Source of the DNA: Trichinella spiralis
Taxonomy: Eukaryota
Assembly: GCF_000181795.1 (NCBI RefSeq)
Contig: NW_003526943.1
Span: 3,154,707-3,218,706, forward strand
Length of the DNA stretch: 64,000 bases
Direction of reading: 5' to 3'
The first letter of the stretch is position 1. Every line of letters begins with the position of its first letter. The notes under the pieces were generated by a model that searched no databases, was not told the DNA's origin, and saw only the letters and a program-made list of their open reading frames with translations. Position numbers and translations under genes: made by a program. This document shows positions 25,073-37,595 of this stretch, one piece after another.

Positions 25073-27670
25073 ATGATTGAATTTCCTGTAAGTATTTTTA
25101 ATTCATGGTTAAATGGAATTTTATTATTTGTAAATGTATAGGTCGTTTTGAATCCTGTTCAAATTTTGAAACGAGATGCAGATGAAGAAAAGGGTAGTGT
25201 TGCTCGCATGTCATCTTATGCTGGTGCAATGGCACTCGGTGACATGCTGAAAAGCACTTTGGGTCCGAAAGGTATGGATAAAATTTTAATCGGTAGTAGA
25301 GAAGGTGGTCCACAGTTTATGCACGTTACTAACGATGGCGCGACAATATTAAAATCTGTTGGTGTTGCTAATCCAGCCGCAAAAATACTTGTTGGTAAAG
25401 TTGTTTTCTTTGTTTTTCTTTGTTTAATTTACGATAATTTTTTTTGTACATTTATTTTTAAGATATATCACTAGTTCAAGATGCAGAAGTTGGAGATGGA
25501 ACTACAACTGTTGCAGTTCTGGCTGCTCAGTTGCTACACGTAAGTTTGCACATGTTTTTGAGCACTGAAATATTTTGATGTATACAGATTTTTTTATCGC
25601 TTACTTGTTGATAATTTTTGAATTAGATTTTAATATGTATTGAAATATTGTAATTCTTTTTGTTCTCTTTTAAGAATGTTAAGCAATATCATGCTTGTAA
25701 TGATGTATTTGATTTAGCAAGCAGAATTGTTAATCGAAAGTGGCATTCATCCACAGATTATAATTCGAGGTTGGCGGCAAGCATTACAAGCAGCTCGTGC
25801 TAAATTAGCAGACATTGCGAGAATGTCAAGGTGTTTTACAGTAAATTTTTGTTATTTTTTGAGAGTAATTGCTTATGTATTTTAAGTGACGATCCCAGTG
25901 CATTTCGAGACGAATTGCAGAATCTAGCGTGCACTGCTCTGGGATCGAAAATTTTGGCTTCACATAAAAAATTATTTGCTGAAATTGCAGTAAATGCAGT
26001 TTTGCGAACAAAGGTAATTTAATTCAATTTTTTGTGAAACAAGCGTTTGTTTTACGAACATTATTCTTTTAGCTGTTTTTATTGCCAGGTTTTAATTGAA
26101 CGTCATAAATTAAAAATGACAATAACTTTTCAGAATACAGATCTTTCATGCATACACGTTATAACTCTACCTGGAGGACGCTTGACAGATTCGTTTTTGG
26201 ATTCTGGCTTTTTATTGCAAAAGAAAGCAGGAAACTATCAACCAAATAGAATTGAAAATGCCAGAGTTTTAATTGCAAACACACCAATGGACACGGACAA
26301 GATCAAAGTATTTGTTGCTTTTTTAATTGAAATTAATTAAAATTAAATGTATCACTATTTTTCTTAAATTATCTTAAATTTAGGTCTTTTCGGCGCAAAT
26401 TGTTACTGATTCTGTCAATCGTTTGCGAGATCTAGAAATAGCGGAAAAGGCTAAAATGAAGAAAAAAGTGGATAAAATTATTGCACACAACGTGAACGTT
26501 TTCATCAATCGCCAGTTGATTTACAACTACCCAGAACAACTATTTGCTGATGCTAAAATTATGGCCATTGAGCATGCAGACTTTGACGGAATTACACGTC
26601 TAGCTCACGTGCTCGGTTGGTTTATTCAGTTTGATTATGGTTGATGTAAAAGAAATTTTTTTTAATATTTAATTTATTATATAGGCGGCGATATTGTTTC
26701 TACATTTGATAACCCGAAGGAAACGAAACTTGGTTGCTGTGAACTGATCGAAGAGGTGGAAATTGCGGATGAAAAATTTTTACGATTCAGCGGTAAAAAT
26801 TCCTTTTCAAATAAAAAAAGTTCAAATCTTCCAATAGTTTCCAACCACTTAACTGTGTGTTTGTTGATTTGCTTTTGGTTCAATAATATTTTAAAAACTA
26901 ATTATTAATTTAATACAAATGTATGTATATATGTATGTATGTATGTATGTATGTGTGTATGTGTTTGATGTTTTTTGATGATTAATCTTTTGATTAGGTG
27001 TTCCTGTTGGTGAAGCATGTACGATTGTTCTTCGTGGAGCCACCCAACAGATTCTAGCAGAAGCGGAACGATCAATACACGATGTTTTGTGCGTGCTGAC
27101 AACTCACATGAAAGAACCGAAAATTGTCGATGGTGGAGGTATTTTCTTGGCTTATTTCCGATATGATTGATTGAGTTGTGAGTTAACGCTTTTTTAAATA
27201 TTTCTTATCTTGGTTTCATTCCAGGATGCAGTGAAATAGCGATGGCCAATGCAGTGCAGAATTTGGCTAGCAGAACCGCAGGCAAAATTTCCGTCGCAAT
27301 GGATGGATTTGCCAAGGCGTTGTGGCAAATTCCTGCCATTTTGGCGGAAAATGGTGGCTACGATGCAGCAGATTTGGTTGCAAAATTGAGAGCAGAACAT
27401 TTCAATGGAAATAAAACATCAGGAATTGGTAAATCAAATCAGATTTAAAAAAAATTCTTCATGCAAAACGTTATCGATAAACAAGTTCGATTTACAGATT
27501 TGACAAATGGAACGATCAATAACATGAAGCAGTTGGGCGTTTTTGAGTCGTACCGCATTAAATTGAGTGCGTTGAATGCGGCAGCTGAAGCGGCTGAATT
27601 AATTATTCGTGTTGATGATATTCTATCCGCGGAACCTCGACCTAGAGAACCTGATGATCGCCCTTGCTAA
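25073..27670 (+). CDS. CCT2: T-complex protein 1 subunit beta
   Basis: [84 protein letters not shown]; ends [20 protein letters not shown]. Confidence 0.96.
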
Positions 27671-28724
27671 TAAATTTGGCAGTTATAATTGAAAAAGAAA
27701 TGAAATTAAATAAAATAAAACGAAATATCAAAATGTTGTTTTCACTACGGTGCTTTTTCCAGGTGCAAAGGTATTAACAAAATTTGGTTGCATTTTACTT
27801 CTTCACATCTATGCTGATCAGCAGACGGTTTTCATAGAAACTTTTCTGCTATTCGATGTAAGCGCTTCACAACTAAGCAAATGTATAGTAGAGAAATTTC
27901 CATTTTACAACAACAAGCAAATCAGAACTTTATTACAATATATACCATGGGCAAGATGGGCAATACAACGATAACGTGGAAAAAGTCCATTTCTAAACTT
28001 GTGGACTGTTCCACGGCAACCATCTAATCGTTATGTTGAAAAAATGGATTAGCTGTAATATTACAATAATAATGTGCTACATTAAGCCATTGTTTGTATG
28101 TTTATTCACAATCCGTATTTGTCATTATGATTTGTGCACTTCAGCGTATGGCATCTCCCTTTGTGTATTGGCTTATGTTGGTTCTTTGAGATACAAACTG
28201 AAATTCATTATTATTTATTCTCATCATTCAAAAACACATCTCAAACCTTCGACACGAAAATTAATACAAGCGAATGATAAGCACTGAGGAGTGAAATAAA
28301 TGAAAAATAGAACTGGCGGTCTTGTTCTTTACAAATTATATATCTTGATTATCCAATTGCATTATTCTACAAAAATACAGAAGCAACAAATGAACAGCCT
28401 AAAAAGGAGATAACTGAACAAAGAGATGTTAAATAAACGTGTTTATCTAAGTCATTTTTTGTTTTCATAATTTGACATGTAATGACTTTTTACGATGGCA
28501 ACAGAGCAAAAAATATTATTTTTTTTGCTTTCAGTTTTGTTTGCTAAAATCAACAGAATTTCGAAATGCAACAGATATTTTTTGATCTGGAATGTTGAAC
28601 CACAGTAATACAAGAATTGCAACTTGAATGTTTAATCAACCCAGTAGTCGGTTTATTTTAGATATTGAAAGAGAAATTTAATACAATTTACACAAAATGT
28701 ATAACCACAAATTTTTATTTTAAA

Positions 28725-29383
28725 CAAAATTCCAGATTTTATTTTTTATTTCAATGAAACATAAGAAGAAAAAACAATAACTCTTGTGAAGAGAAGCGAA
28801 AGAAAGATTGGAAAGATTAAATCTTTTTGCAAGCTAGAAATATTTTCAGAAAACAGACAGACAAAATCAGGAAAGTATTTCGATGCTAATATTCAGCAAT
28901 CACCACTCCAACTTTTAGCTATAAACTGCAGTTGTAGACAATTTATCAATTTTAGATATTCCCTTTGTAATTGAGTAGCCTTCGACTAGCCTTCATCAGA
29001 AAAATATCTGACAAACAGAAAAGAACCTTAGGCATAAATTCTTATTTAATTGTTAGCTAAGAAGGTAATTTATATGACAAGTGAAAGCAACTGTTGGCTG
29101 ACATTTCTTTTGAACAGTATTTTTGCACTCGCATGGATAAATAAAAGTGAAGCACTTCGAAAGCAGAAAGGAAGCGATGGACAGCACCAAGCAGAATAGC
29201 AGTTAAAGCTGCTTCAAATTCACTCTGAAGTGGACAGCGCATACTTTGATGTTAGCATTTGTGCGCCATTTGTCTGTGATTAATAATCTTCTGTCAACAT
29301 CAACAAAAGGCATTGGTGCCACAACGAATATCGCAAGTTGATCTTCGATTGTAGATAAAATGAAAAATGAAAACTAAATGTTG
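28725..29383. repeat. ~650-bp dispersed non-coding repeat, copy 2 (runs into the assembly gap)
   Basis: Reverse complement of 5991-6612. Confidence 0.9.
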
Positions 29384-29393
29384 NNNNNNNNNN
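29384..29393. other. Assembly gap (10 N)
   Basis: N run; true length unknown. Confidence 1.
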
Positions 29394-29949
29394 TATTTCA
29401 GTTCTTTTCCCCTTTTGTAAACTTAAATGAAGGCAGATTTGTTCAGAAAAAAGGGATTAATTTTTCAAGGATTGTTTTTTTTATCTTTTCAACCAATGTT
29501 TTCATTTTGTTTACCATTTTCATCCCAATAAAATCTATCATGCTGAGAATATATAAATAATGTATCATTTCAATTTTTTACTTCAATCAATAATGATTGC
29601 GCGTGTTTTTATTTCAAAATAAAATACAAATAGTTTCACTTAATAATAAATAATTTGAAGATTTCATAAAAAGTAATAATTCAAGCTGGACAAATGGTGG
29701 CTAAATTATCAGTATTTGTGATTTATAAATTTCAAATACATGTAAATGAACTAAACTAATTTTGTTTTCATTGAAAACACAACTAATATTCTATCAAACA
29801 GTGTTTCAATTTAAATGTACATGCATCAAAAAAATTTGTAAAGAAATTAATGGTTTCATTAAATTAAAAAGGAAATGATAATAAAAGTAATGCAACCGTA
29901 ATTGTACATCAGCTGTAAATGATAAAATTTAAAATTAGGAAGTGCTTAA

Positions 29950-30616
29950 CCCTCCTGTTATCCTCAAATTTACTTACCTCCCGTTATCCTCCGGGTCAAA
30001 TTGACCCATAAGTGATGCACAGTTTGTTTTGCGGTCATACTGTGACTAAGTATTCGTGAATTTTATTTTAAAAGGTTCTGATGAATATTCTAATACTCAG
30101 AGATTATTTTTTTTTTAATATGCCCGTATATGGTGGATGTACATTGACACACTTAAATTTCTTCTGCACATAAGTTACAATATGATTGTGTATGATCTTT
30201 ACAAATGTATTTTTGGCATTTTTTACAACGTACGCTTGTCTTGTTGTCACTTGAAACACACAATTGACATCGGGCACTTTTTTTACCACCTGTATCCGTA
30301 TCAGTGATACCGCTTGTAGATGACTGCTCTGCATCTTTCCGCATCCGTTCAACCGCCGATTTTGCTGCTGCTGTTCTGGGCAGTGTTTTGCGCCACATCA
30401 TTTCTGGTTGCACTAGAGCCTTGCCAAGTTCTTCCAGGAATAATCGACGCTTATGCAGCCGTTCTAAATTTTATGCTGAATGTTTCACTGTCCATAGAAC
30501 GTAGGCGTTGTATGCCGATACGTCGATGATGTAAAATATGACTAATGGCCATCGTGCAGATATTCTTTGGCAAGAATACGTTGGTCATTTTGTCTAAATT
30601 ATCCACACCACCTTTA
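29950..30616 (-). mobile_element. piggyBac-family transposon, 3' end (rest lost in the gap)
   Basis: TTAA at 29946-29949 followed by the CCCT terminus. Repeated cctcc(t/c)gttatcctc and palindrome GGGTCAAATTGACCC (29993-30007). Minus strand gives KGGVDNLDK, RWPLVIF..IDVSAYNA and a C-terminal Cys-rich domain RCQLC..RCKKCQKYICKDH...CNLC. Confidence 0.92.
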
Positions 30617-30626
30617 NNNNNNNNNN
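30617..30626. other. Assembly gap (10 N)
   Basis: N run that truncates the piggyBac. Confidence 1.
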
Positions 30627-30715
30627 AGATTTCTCAACAATAATCATGTATTATTATTTATCATTCAAAAAATTCTAATACATTTATTAAGTAAATAAGA
30701 ACAGATTCTAAAGAA

Positions 30716-30787
30716 GGTCCCATGGTGTAACGGCTAGCACTCTGGACTCTGAATCCAGCAATCCGAGTTCGAATCTCGGTGGGACCT
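30716..30787 (+). tRNA. tRNA-Gln (anticodon CTG)
   Basis: Acceptor stem GGTCCCA/TGGGACC, anticodon arm CTGGA-CT-CTG-AA-TCCAG, T arm CCGAG-TTCGAAT-CTCGG, TTTT downstream. Confidence 0.97.
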
Positions 30788-31185
30788 CACCTTTTACCAC
30801 CATCAACTTTTTATAAATATAAGTAATAATAAACAAAAACTTTAGTAAACAGGAAGCCATTACTATAATACACATTATTATATAAACAGATTTTTATAAA
30901 CCATTTTAAAAGCACACAAACAGTGATCTATAATAAATAAACAATGAATAATCTACAGGCGTAAATTGTTTATTTAGGCGGAAAGTAGAAAACATATACA
31001 CATATTATTTGAATTACTGAGTCATTTATTAAGAAATGAAAATACTATAATCTCCGTTAAGAACTTCTTTTGTTCAGTGAAAGAAAATGCATTAGAAAGT
31101 TTAAGCACCACTAAATTTGTTAAAGTAATTTTGCTTTTCTTTGGAATTTTATTATTTAAACTTAAATAAGTGGTAGCAATCCAGT

Positions 31186-31257
31186 GGTTCCATGGTGTAA
31201 CGGCTAGCACTCTGGACTTTGAATCCAGCAATCCGAGTTCGAATCTCGGTGGAACCT
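31186..31257 (+). tRNA. tRNA-Gln (anticodon TTG)
   Basis: Acceptor stem GGTTCCA/TGGAACC, anticodon arm CTGGA-CT-TTG-AA-TCCAG, TTTTT terminator just downstream. Confidence 0.97.
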
Positions 31258-31569
31258 AGCATTTTTACTGAATTTTAAAAGCGATCTGTTTATTGTAGAA
31301 ATTATAATAGAAAGAAAAATCACATGAAATTCCAAATATAAATTGTATAATGTAAGTTAAATGCTCTCTGTTTGTGAAGTAATTTTATATATGCTCAGTA
31401 TTAACACTGTGTTTTAGGTTTAAAATGGTATTCCATTGACAGCTTGTGCCAAATATGAGAAAATTAACCTATCACATTTTCATTGTCAAATGAAGCTTAA
31501 GAATACAGTGTTTGTATTGCTTTAATGAATTTCCCTTTACGATTTGCTTGTGTTAAATGCTTCGTTTTG

Positions 31570-31830
31570 TCGCCGTTTTTGGAGCCACGAAGGATTCTTT
31601 CCTTGCGTGTTATTATTGGCCTAAAGTTTTCATTGGCTCTATTTATTCATTGGTTCATGGAGTTCTAGTATGATTCGATCTCATTTAGATGCTTTTCATT
31701 CGTTTTTATGAGTCAAAATTTCATTAGTCCATGCTTTCTAATATTTCATTAGCTAATAAAACTTAATTATGAATTGCTACAATATTTCTCATTTCATTGG
31801 TCAAAATATTTTCTTTAACAACATAACAGT
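31570..31830. repeat. Old ATTGG-rich repeat fragment related to the MULE non-coding end
   Basis: ctacaatatttctcatttcattggtcaaaatatt (31777-31810) matches 46539-46575 and the reverse complement of 6997-7035. Boundaries are approximate. Confidence 0.5.
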
Positions 31831-32948
31831 GGAAATTTATATATTTCAAAATTTTATTATTGGTGGCAATGTTTTATTTCTTGGTTTAATGGTTGTTGAC
31901 TTTTTAGTCCTTTTTATTTTATCAATAAAGCAGCCTTTTGCGAGAACACAATAACAGCACAGAAATCAACTTGTGCTAAATTTTGAAACAAATCTCCCAA
32001 TTTGCGTATAAAATACAAATAAATTTTTTTACTGTTGAAATTTAAATTCTTTATTTTAATACAATATAAATTATTACTGTTGAAAAATAAAAGGACTGAT
32101 ATTAAAAAATTAACGGAATGCACCAATCAAGATCTCAAAATAAACGACTGCAAATTGTCAAAAAATTGCAAGAAGTGTTCTGAATTTCATGAAAGCAATA
32201 TTCAATCAGTATTTTATTCAGTGCACATCAGCTGTACAACAAGTGCAGAGCAACTATGCAGCATCAATACAATACATACACAACAAGTACACCCAAATGT
32301 ACAAGACTTATAAAATAATGTTATAAACATATATGATTGTCTTCTCATTAAAATCAAATTTTTCTGTGTTTTAATTTTGATCAAGGGTGTTTCAGAATCA
32401 TTTGTAATTTTTTATTAGTTAAATTGTGTTATTACAAACTTCTATTTGTGCACTATAAAGCACTTTTTGCTTGTTTTGTCAGTAACTTTCCATAAAAATG
32501 TTGAATGCAGATATGTATTTGTACATATTTATTTTGTGCAGCTGTACATCATGCTTATATTTTTTTCGTGATGAAGTAAACTTTTGGAAGAAGTTATTAC
32601 GTTGCTCTAATTCAGTGGTTTGGTCTACTCGGGGACAAATTTTCACCGCCTTTTCTTAAATTCAGTTTCACATAATTGCAGCAGTTTAATCAGCATGGTA
32701 TTACAACTGAAAAGTGATAATATTGAGAAATCTTTTCTCTATATCTACTCATCAGTACCTGAAACTCCCCATGGTCCAAACATTGCTCTTTGTACGAAAA
32801 CAACGGTGACGCAACGCCAGCTGCCTCCCTTGTTTTTCTCAATTATATAGTGAACAGGTGCCGAAAGAAAGATGAACAATGGAATCGCAATTAAGCGGTC
32901 AAAAGGTCAGCGTCATGCTATATACCTGCCACAACTCCGGTGGTCAGC

Positions 32949-35230
32949 TGTTGAAAAGGCATCAAAATGAAATGTTTCTGACAGCGCGGCTGTTCAGATC
33001 AGGCGAAGCCGCACAGTCCAAGCGATTGCGCAACCAACCCGATTCCTTAATTGCTTCTCGGAGATTTAGGCCACCAGATGCGGAGTCAGGTGAAGAAAAA
33101 TGCATAAATAAGAGTGAGGAGGGAGGAGGGACAATCACACAACACACAAAATCACACGGAACACGCCGTCTATCTGATCGCTTGAACCGTTTTCTCTCTT
33201 GCTATCTTACTATTTTATTCCTTGCTTGAATTGAATAAATCGAATCTCATCACACACTTTGTCACCGATTATCTATAAATAAACTCATACAGTCTACTAC
33301 AAAAGAAATCTTCAAGTTTGAACGAAAAATTTCCCAACATTTTGGTCTTCTGAGCCGGAGTCGAACCAGCGAATTATGGATCCACCAAGTGATCAAACAT
33401 CCACATCCAGCGACTCAGAAAACATGACAAACCACGAAGAGATCTCGTCCTTCACGTTCGACCTTGAGAAGATGGCTTTAGAACATGGAATGGCGCGGTT
33501 ACAAGGTCTCGTCTCCCAAGCATTCGACATGGACGCCATTAGAGAAGTGTCCAGAACGCTGGAGCGGACGAAACAACTCTTCTTCGAATCGCGTCAAACG
33601 AGGCTCCATAACATTCTTGAGAAAGAGAAGGCAAAAGCTGTCGCGGAATACTGTGAACTTGCGGCGAAAGTCTTGCAAGTGCAACAGCAAGCTGACGAGC
33701 TGTTAGCGACTTCCCAAGTGCCGCCCCCGAGCACGGTTCTACCTCCCCCGGCAAACAGCAACAATTTACTCAGCTCTATAGTGCCAATACCGAAATTGCC
33801 AACTTATGATGGAGATGTTCTCCAATTCAAGGGCTTTTGGGATCAATTCGAGGCTGCTGTGCATCGCCGAGAAGATTTACAAGATTTCACCAAATTAGTG
33901 CATCTGCGATCTTGTTTAACCGGTGCAGCACGGGAAGCAATTGACGGCGTGACCACTTCCTCCGAGAACTACCAAGCAGTGGTGCAACTCCTGCACGACC
34001 GCTTCTATAGACCTTCAGATGTGCTAGACGCACACCTATTAGAGCTCCTGAACATGAAAACTGGTGTCGTTAAAGGAAAAGCAGGACTGCTTTCACTGCA
34101 CGACAGATTGAACCGACACATCATCGAGTTAAAAGCCATCGGCAGGGACTTCGACACAGCCGTGTCTGCTTTTCGAGCGATGCTGCCATTTATGGTCTCT
34201 TGTCTGCCGAAAGAGATACAGTCCCGGTGGAAGGTGCGAGCCGAACAGCTCTCTGAGGAGCAAATGACTGCTCAAACATTCCTCACGTTCTTGGCAGAGC
34301 AAGCCCGCTGTGCAGTGGACTCTGAACAGTCTACAAAAAGAGAGAGGACATCCTCTCCCACACACAAAAACACGCTGAGAGCTAATCAGCGAAAGCGATC
34401 TAATCCCCAGCGCCAAACGGTTCGAGCTTTACGCACATCACCGCATCCAATCTGCCCGGTGTGCCAAGGTGAACATCAAGTAACTGCTTGTCGACATTTC
34501 CTGCATCAACGGTGGTCAGAGCGGAAGGCAACGGCAACACGCCTTGGCATGTGCTTCATCTGCCTAGTTCAAGGCCACATATCAGACCGTTGCAAATTTA
34601 AACAACGTGGCTGGAGAACTCATCATCTACTTACTTCACTTTCTCCGAACCGACGAGCGCCATTGCTAGAGGAACCCGACAATACAACTGCACCTCCCGG
34701 AAAGAAGACACGATCTGAGTCCAGTGAGGAAATAACCGCCAGTGTATTGCTGGCCAAGACACGCGATTCAGCTAGAATCCCGGTTTCAAACGGTGAAAAC
34801 CATAGCTCATGGTGCAAATTGGAAGCGACTGGTCATCAGTTGCTTGTTTGACAGCGGTGCTGAAAAAACCCTGGTCACGGAAGACAAGACAAAAGCCTTA
34901 GTTCTGGCTGAAATGATAGAGACCGTAACCGTGAGGGGAATCGACGGCACCATTGCACCCCAGCTTTGGCCAGAAGAGTCTGGTTCGGACTAAGCCCAGT
35001 GAAAGCAAAGCAGCGCGATCTCGGGGGGAGGGGGAGCCCACTGAAGCCCTGACGCTCCTACGGATCTGTAATGATATCCAGTCGGTCCCCATCCAGTGCT
35101 AAGATTGGAAGCAACTCCAACATTTGCGAACTCCAGAGGAGCAAGATGAGAAGCTTCCTATCCATGTATTAATTGGCATCGACTCGTATGGCCGAGTTCT
35201 GGGTGAAAAAATTCTGCAAGGTAATCCAAC
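32949..35230 (+). mobile_element. Truncated BEL/Pao LTR retrotransposon: 5' LTR (~32949-33339), PBS, gag, broken protease; no RT/IN or 3' LTR
   Basis: LTR-like block TGTTG...CAACA with a TATA-like element and AATAAA. TGGTCTTCTGAGCCGG at 33343 resembles the tRNA-Tyr PBS of BEL elements. Protease LFDSGAEKTLVT is out of frame; sequence returns abruptly to AT-rich DNA at ~35230. LTR start uncertain. Confidence 0.85.
33376..34851 (+). CDS. BEL/Pao Gag-like ORF (DUF1759 region and zinc knuckles)
   Basis: PKLPTYDGDVLQFKGFWDQFEAAVH...KLVHLRSCLTGAAREAIDG; knuckles CPVCQGEHQVTAC and CFICLVQGHISDRC. Confidence 0.88.
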   Translation: MDPPSDQTSTSSDSENMTNHEEISSFTFDLEKMALEHGMARLQGLVSQAFDMDAIREVSRTLERTKQLFFESRQTRLHNILEKEKAKAVAEYCELAAKVLQVQQQADELLATSQVPPPSTVLPPPANSNNLLSSIVPIPKLPTYDGDVLQFKGFWDQFEAAVHRREDLQDFTKLVHLRSCLTGAAREAIDGVTTSSENYQAVVQLLHDRFYRPSDVLDAHLLELLNMKTGVVKGKAGLLSLHDRLNRHIIELKAIGRDFDTAVSAFRAMLPFMVSCLPKEIQSRWKVRAEQLSEEQMTAQTFLTFLAEQARCAVDSEQSTKRERTSSPTHKNTLRANQRKRSNPQRQTVRALRTSPHPICPVCQGEHQVTACRHFLHQRWSERKATATRLGMCFICLVQGHISDRCKFKQRGWRTHHLLTSLSPNRRAPLLEEPDNTTAPPGKKTRSESSEEITASVLLAKTRDSARIPVSNGENHSSWCKLEATGHQLLV

Positions 35231-37595
35231 AGATAGCACAGATATTTAAATTTCAATGTTTATGCATTCATTATTCCGATAGACTACTTTATTTCATATT
35301 TACATATACCACTTTTCATATATTTAACATTTTATAAACAATTATTTGTTATTTCATTCAGTTTTTGCTTATTTCAGATTGTTGTATAAAAATCAATCAT
35401 TTTCATACATGCATTTATTTACCATTAATTATTTTCAATTATATTCATCTCACTGTGGTTAAATTTTATAGCATACTGGTATAATTAATTTTATAACGGA
35501 ATCATACTTCATTTAATTTCAGCATAATTACTGTTGCAGAAGAATTTTGCAAAATTTAAATCCATATTGTTTTATTATTATTAATATTAATGTTTTATAA
35601 CAGTTATGACATCAATGTAATTTTATCATCAATTTTTAAAGACTTCTGCATTTTATTTACATTGCTTTATTGTAATGCAACAATAAAAATGATTTAATAT
35701 CACTTTCTTTTTGCAGTTGCAAAATACTGGCATTTGTTTTAACCTTTCTTTTTAATTTTATTTCATTATTTGTTTGATGCACTTGAATTTCTGAATTTAA
35801 GTTTAGAATAAAATTGTAAATAAAGCTGTCATTGTAGATAACATACATAGAAAATTGCAGTATCATGAAATGATGCATGGCCAGAGTTGAAAATAAAATT
35901 ACAAATCCCGTTCACCATCAAACAAAAATTTTGCAAATAATGCATCTTTTTGGTGATTCGCACTTTTTGAAAGAAAGTAACAATGCATGGAATGATTTTC
36001 TACTCAATACCTTTATGAAGGAAACCGTGATTTGCAAAATAATAAAGCAAATATTCACCTAAAAGCCAGTGTAATATTTATGAAATACATGCACAGAAAG
36101 CAAAATGATAGGTAAAACAATCTGCTCACAAAGTGAGCAAAAAATTTGCTTAGTACCTCAATTTTTATAAACGCTCTTTATTTTATATAATATTTCCATT
36201 AAAACTTCAGAAAACAAAACTTTCAACAATCCAGATTCTCAGCCAAAAAAACAGCAAAATCTTTAATAAAAGGGTGAACTAAAATGTAGCAGCCGTTCAA
36301 ATAAACAGAAATTAAAATATTATCTAGAATGAATAAAAATCAAATAGAAAACTGTATGATTAATTTAAAAACAGTTTAAAAAATTATTATTTGAAGTCAA
36401 CAGCTGCATTATGTCCAAAATTTAATATGAGCAACCATTGTTTATTCAGTGCACCTTAAAATTCATTAATTCATGTAATCTAATTTTTTGTACAATAAAA
36501 TCCTATAAATTTTGAATTTTAATATTTATTCACTGTGAACTTTTCTATTACTGAAAATGTTACCACTGCATTATTTTATTTATCAAAAGTTTGGAAGTAA
36601 AAATGCCAAAATTATTGTATCGCTTGCAATTGAGTTTCAAAGTTTTATAGTAACCAACAAAATAATAAAATGTAGAATACATTTTCATTATTCTGTTAAA
36701 GCGTTTGCAAATATATATAAACTTTATAAATCCATGCAGCAGTAATTTTTTCTCAGAAAACCAATAAAATATTTCAATGTAATCTCAAAACAAAGGTGAT
36801 ATATTACATATGAATATATTACATACATATTTGCTCTTTATTGTTTAACAAATTTTATGAATCAAAAAATGATACGTTTCTTAGATATCAGGAAGTTTAC
36901 TTATGCACAGTTATATTAATTAGCATACATACTTCAAAAACTGAGAAATATCTAACAAAAAGTTGAAATTTAATAAAAATGAGCATACACAATTTGTCAG
37001 AAATTACCCAATGCTCGTCAGTTTGTAAAATTATTTCTTGAAACATAGAACAACAGCAATGACAAGGAGATTGAATTTACTGGTTGAAGTTTAATAAATT
37101 TCTAAAGCAAAAAATCTTTCTATGCTATCATACATTATAATTTTGATTCTATTCATTATACTATAAAATGAACAATAGCTGAAGCAAAGTTCTTAATATC
37201 TCTGTAATTATTATAAAAACCGTGACAAAGCTGTTTTGAAAATTACTATGAAGCAGAATTATATGTTTTTATAGAATTAAAAAATTAAAATTGCAATAAA
37301 ATACAAAGGATATTTTTCATATGACGTGTCAAATAATATTTACATTTATTTTAAAATTTTCTATTAAGATAAATCTTTTTTATTAATGTTTGGTTCATTT
37401 TGTTGATTGAAAATACTCGACGTCAATGCTAAACAACTTTTCCTCTGTTTTATTCCTTTGGATAAATAACTCTGTGTACTATGATTATATCATAAACATT
37501 TGTAGTCAAGCATATGAAAATAAAACGAATGAAGTGTAAATCGTTGCAAGCTATTTAAGACGGTGTTCTGTTAAGATTCAAGCATCAAATTTAAA

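Noticed and set aside
34770..34800. Programmed gag-pro frameshift in the BEL element
   Set aside because: BEL/Pao elements normally have one ORF, there is no slippery heptamer, and more lesions follow. Decay is the simpler explanation.
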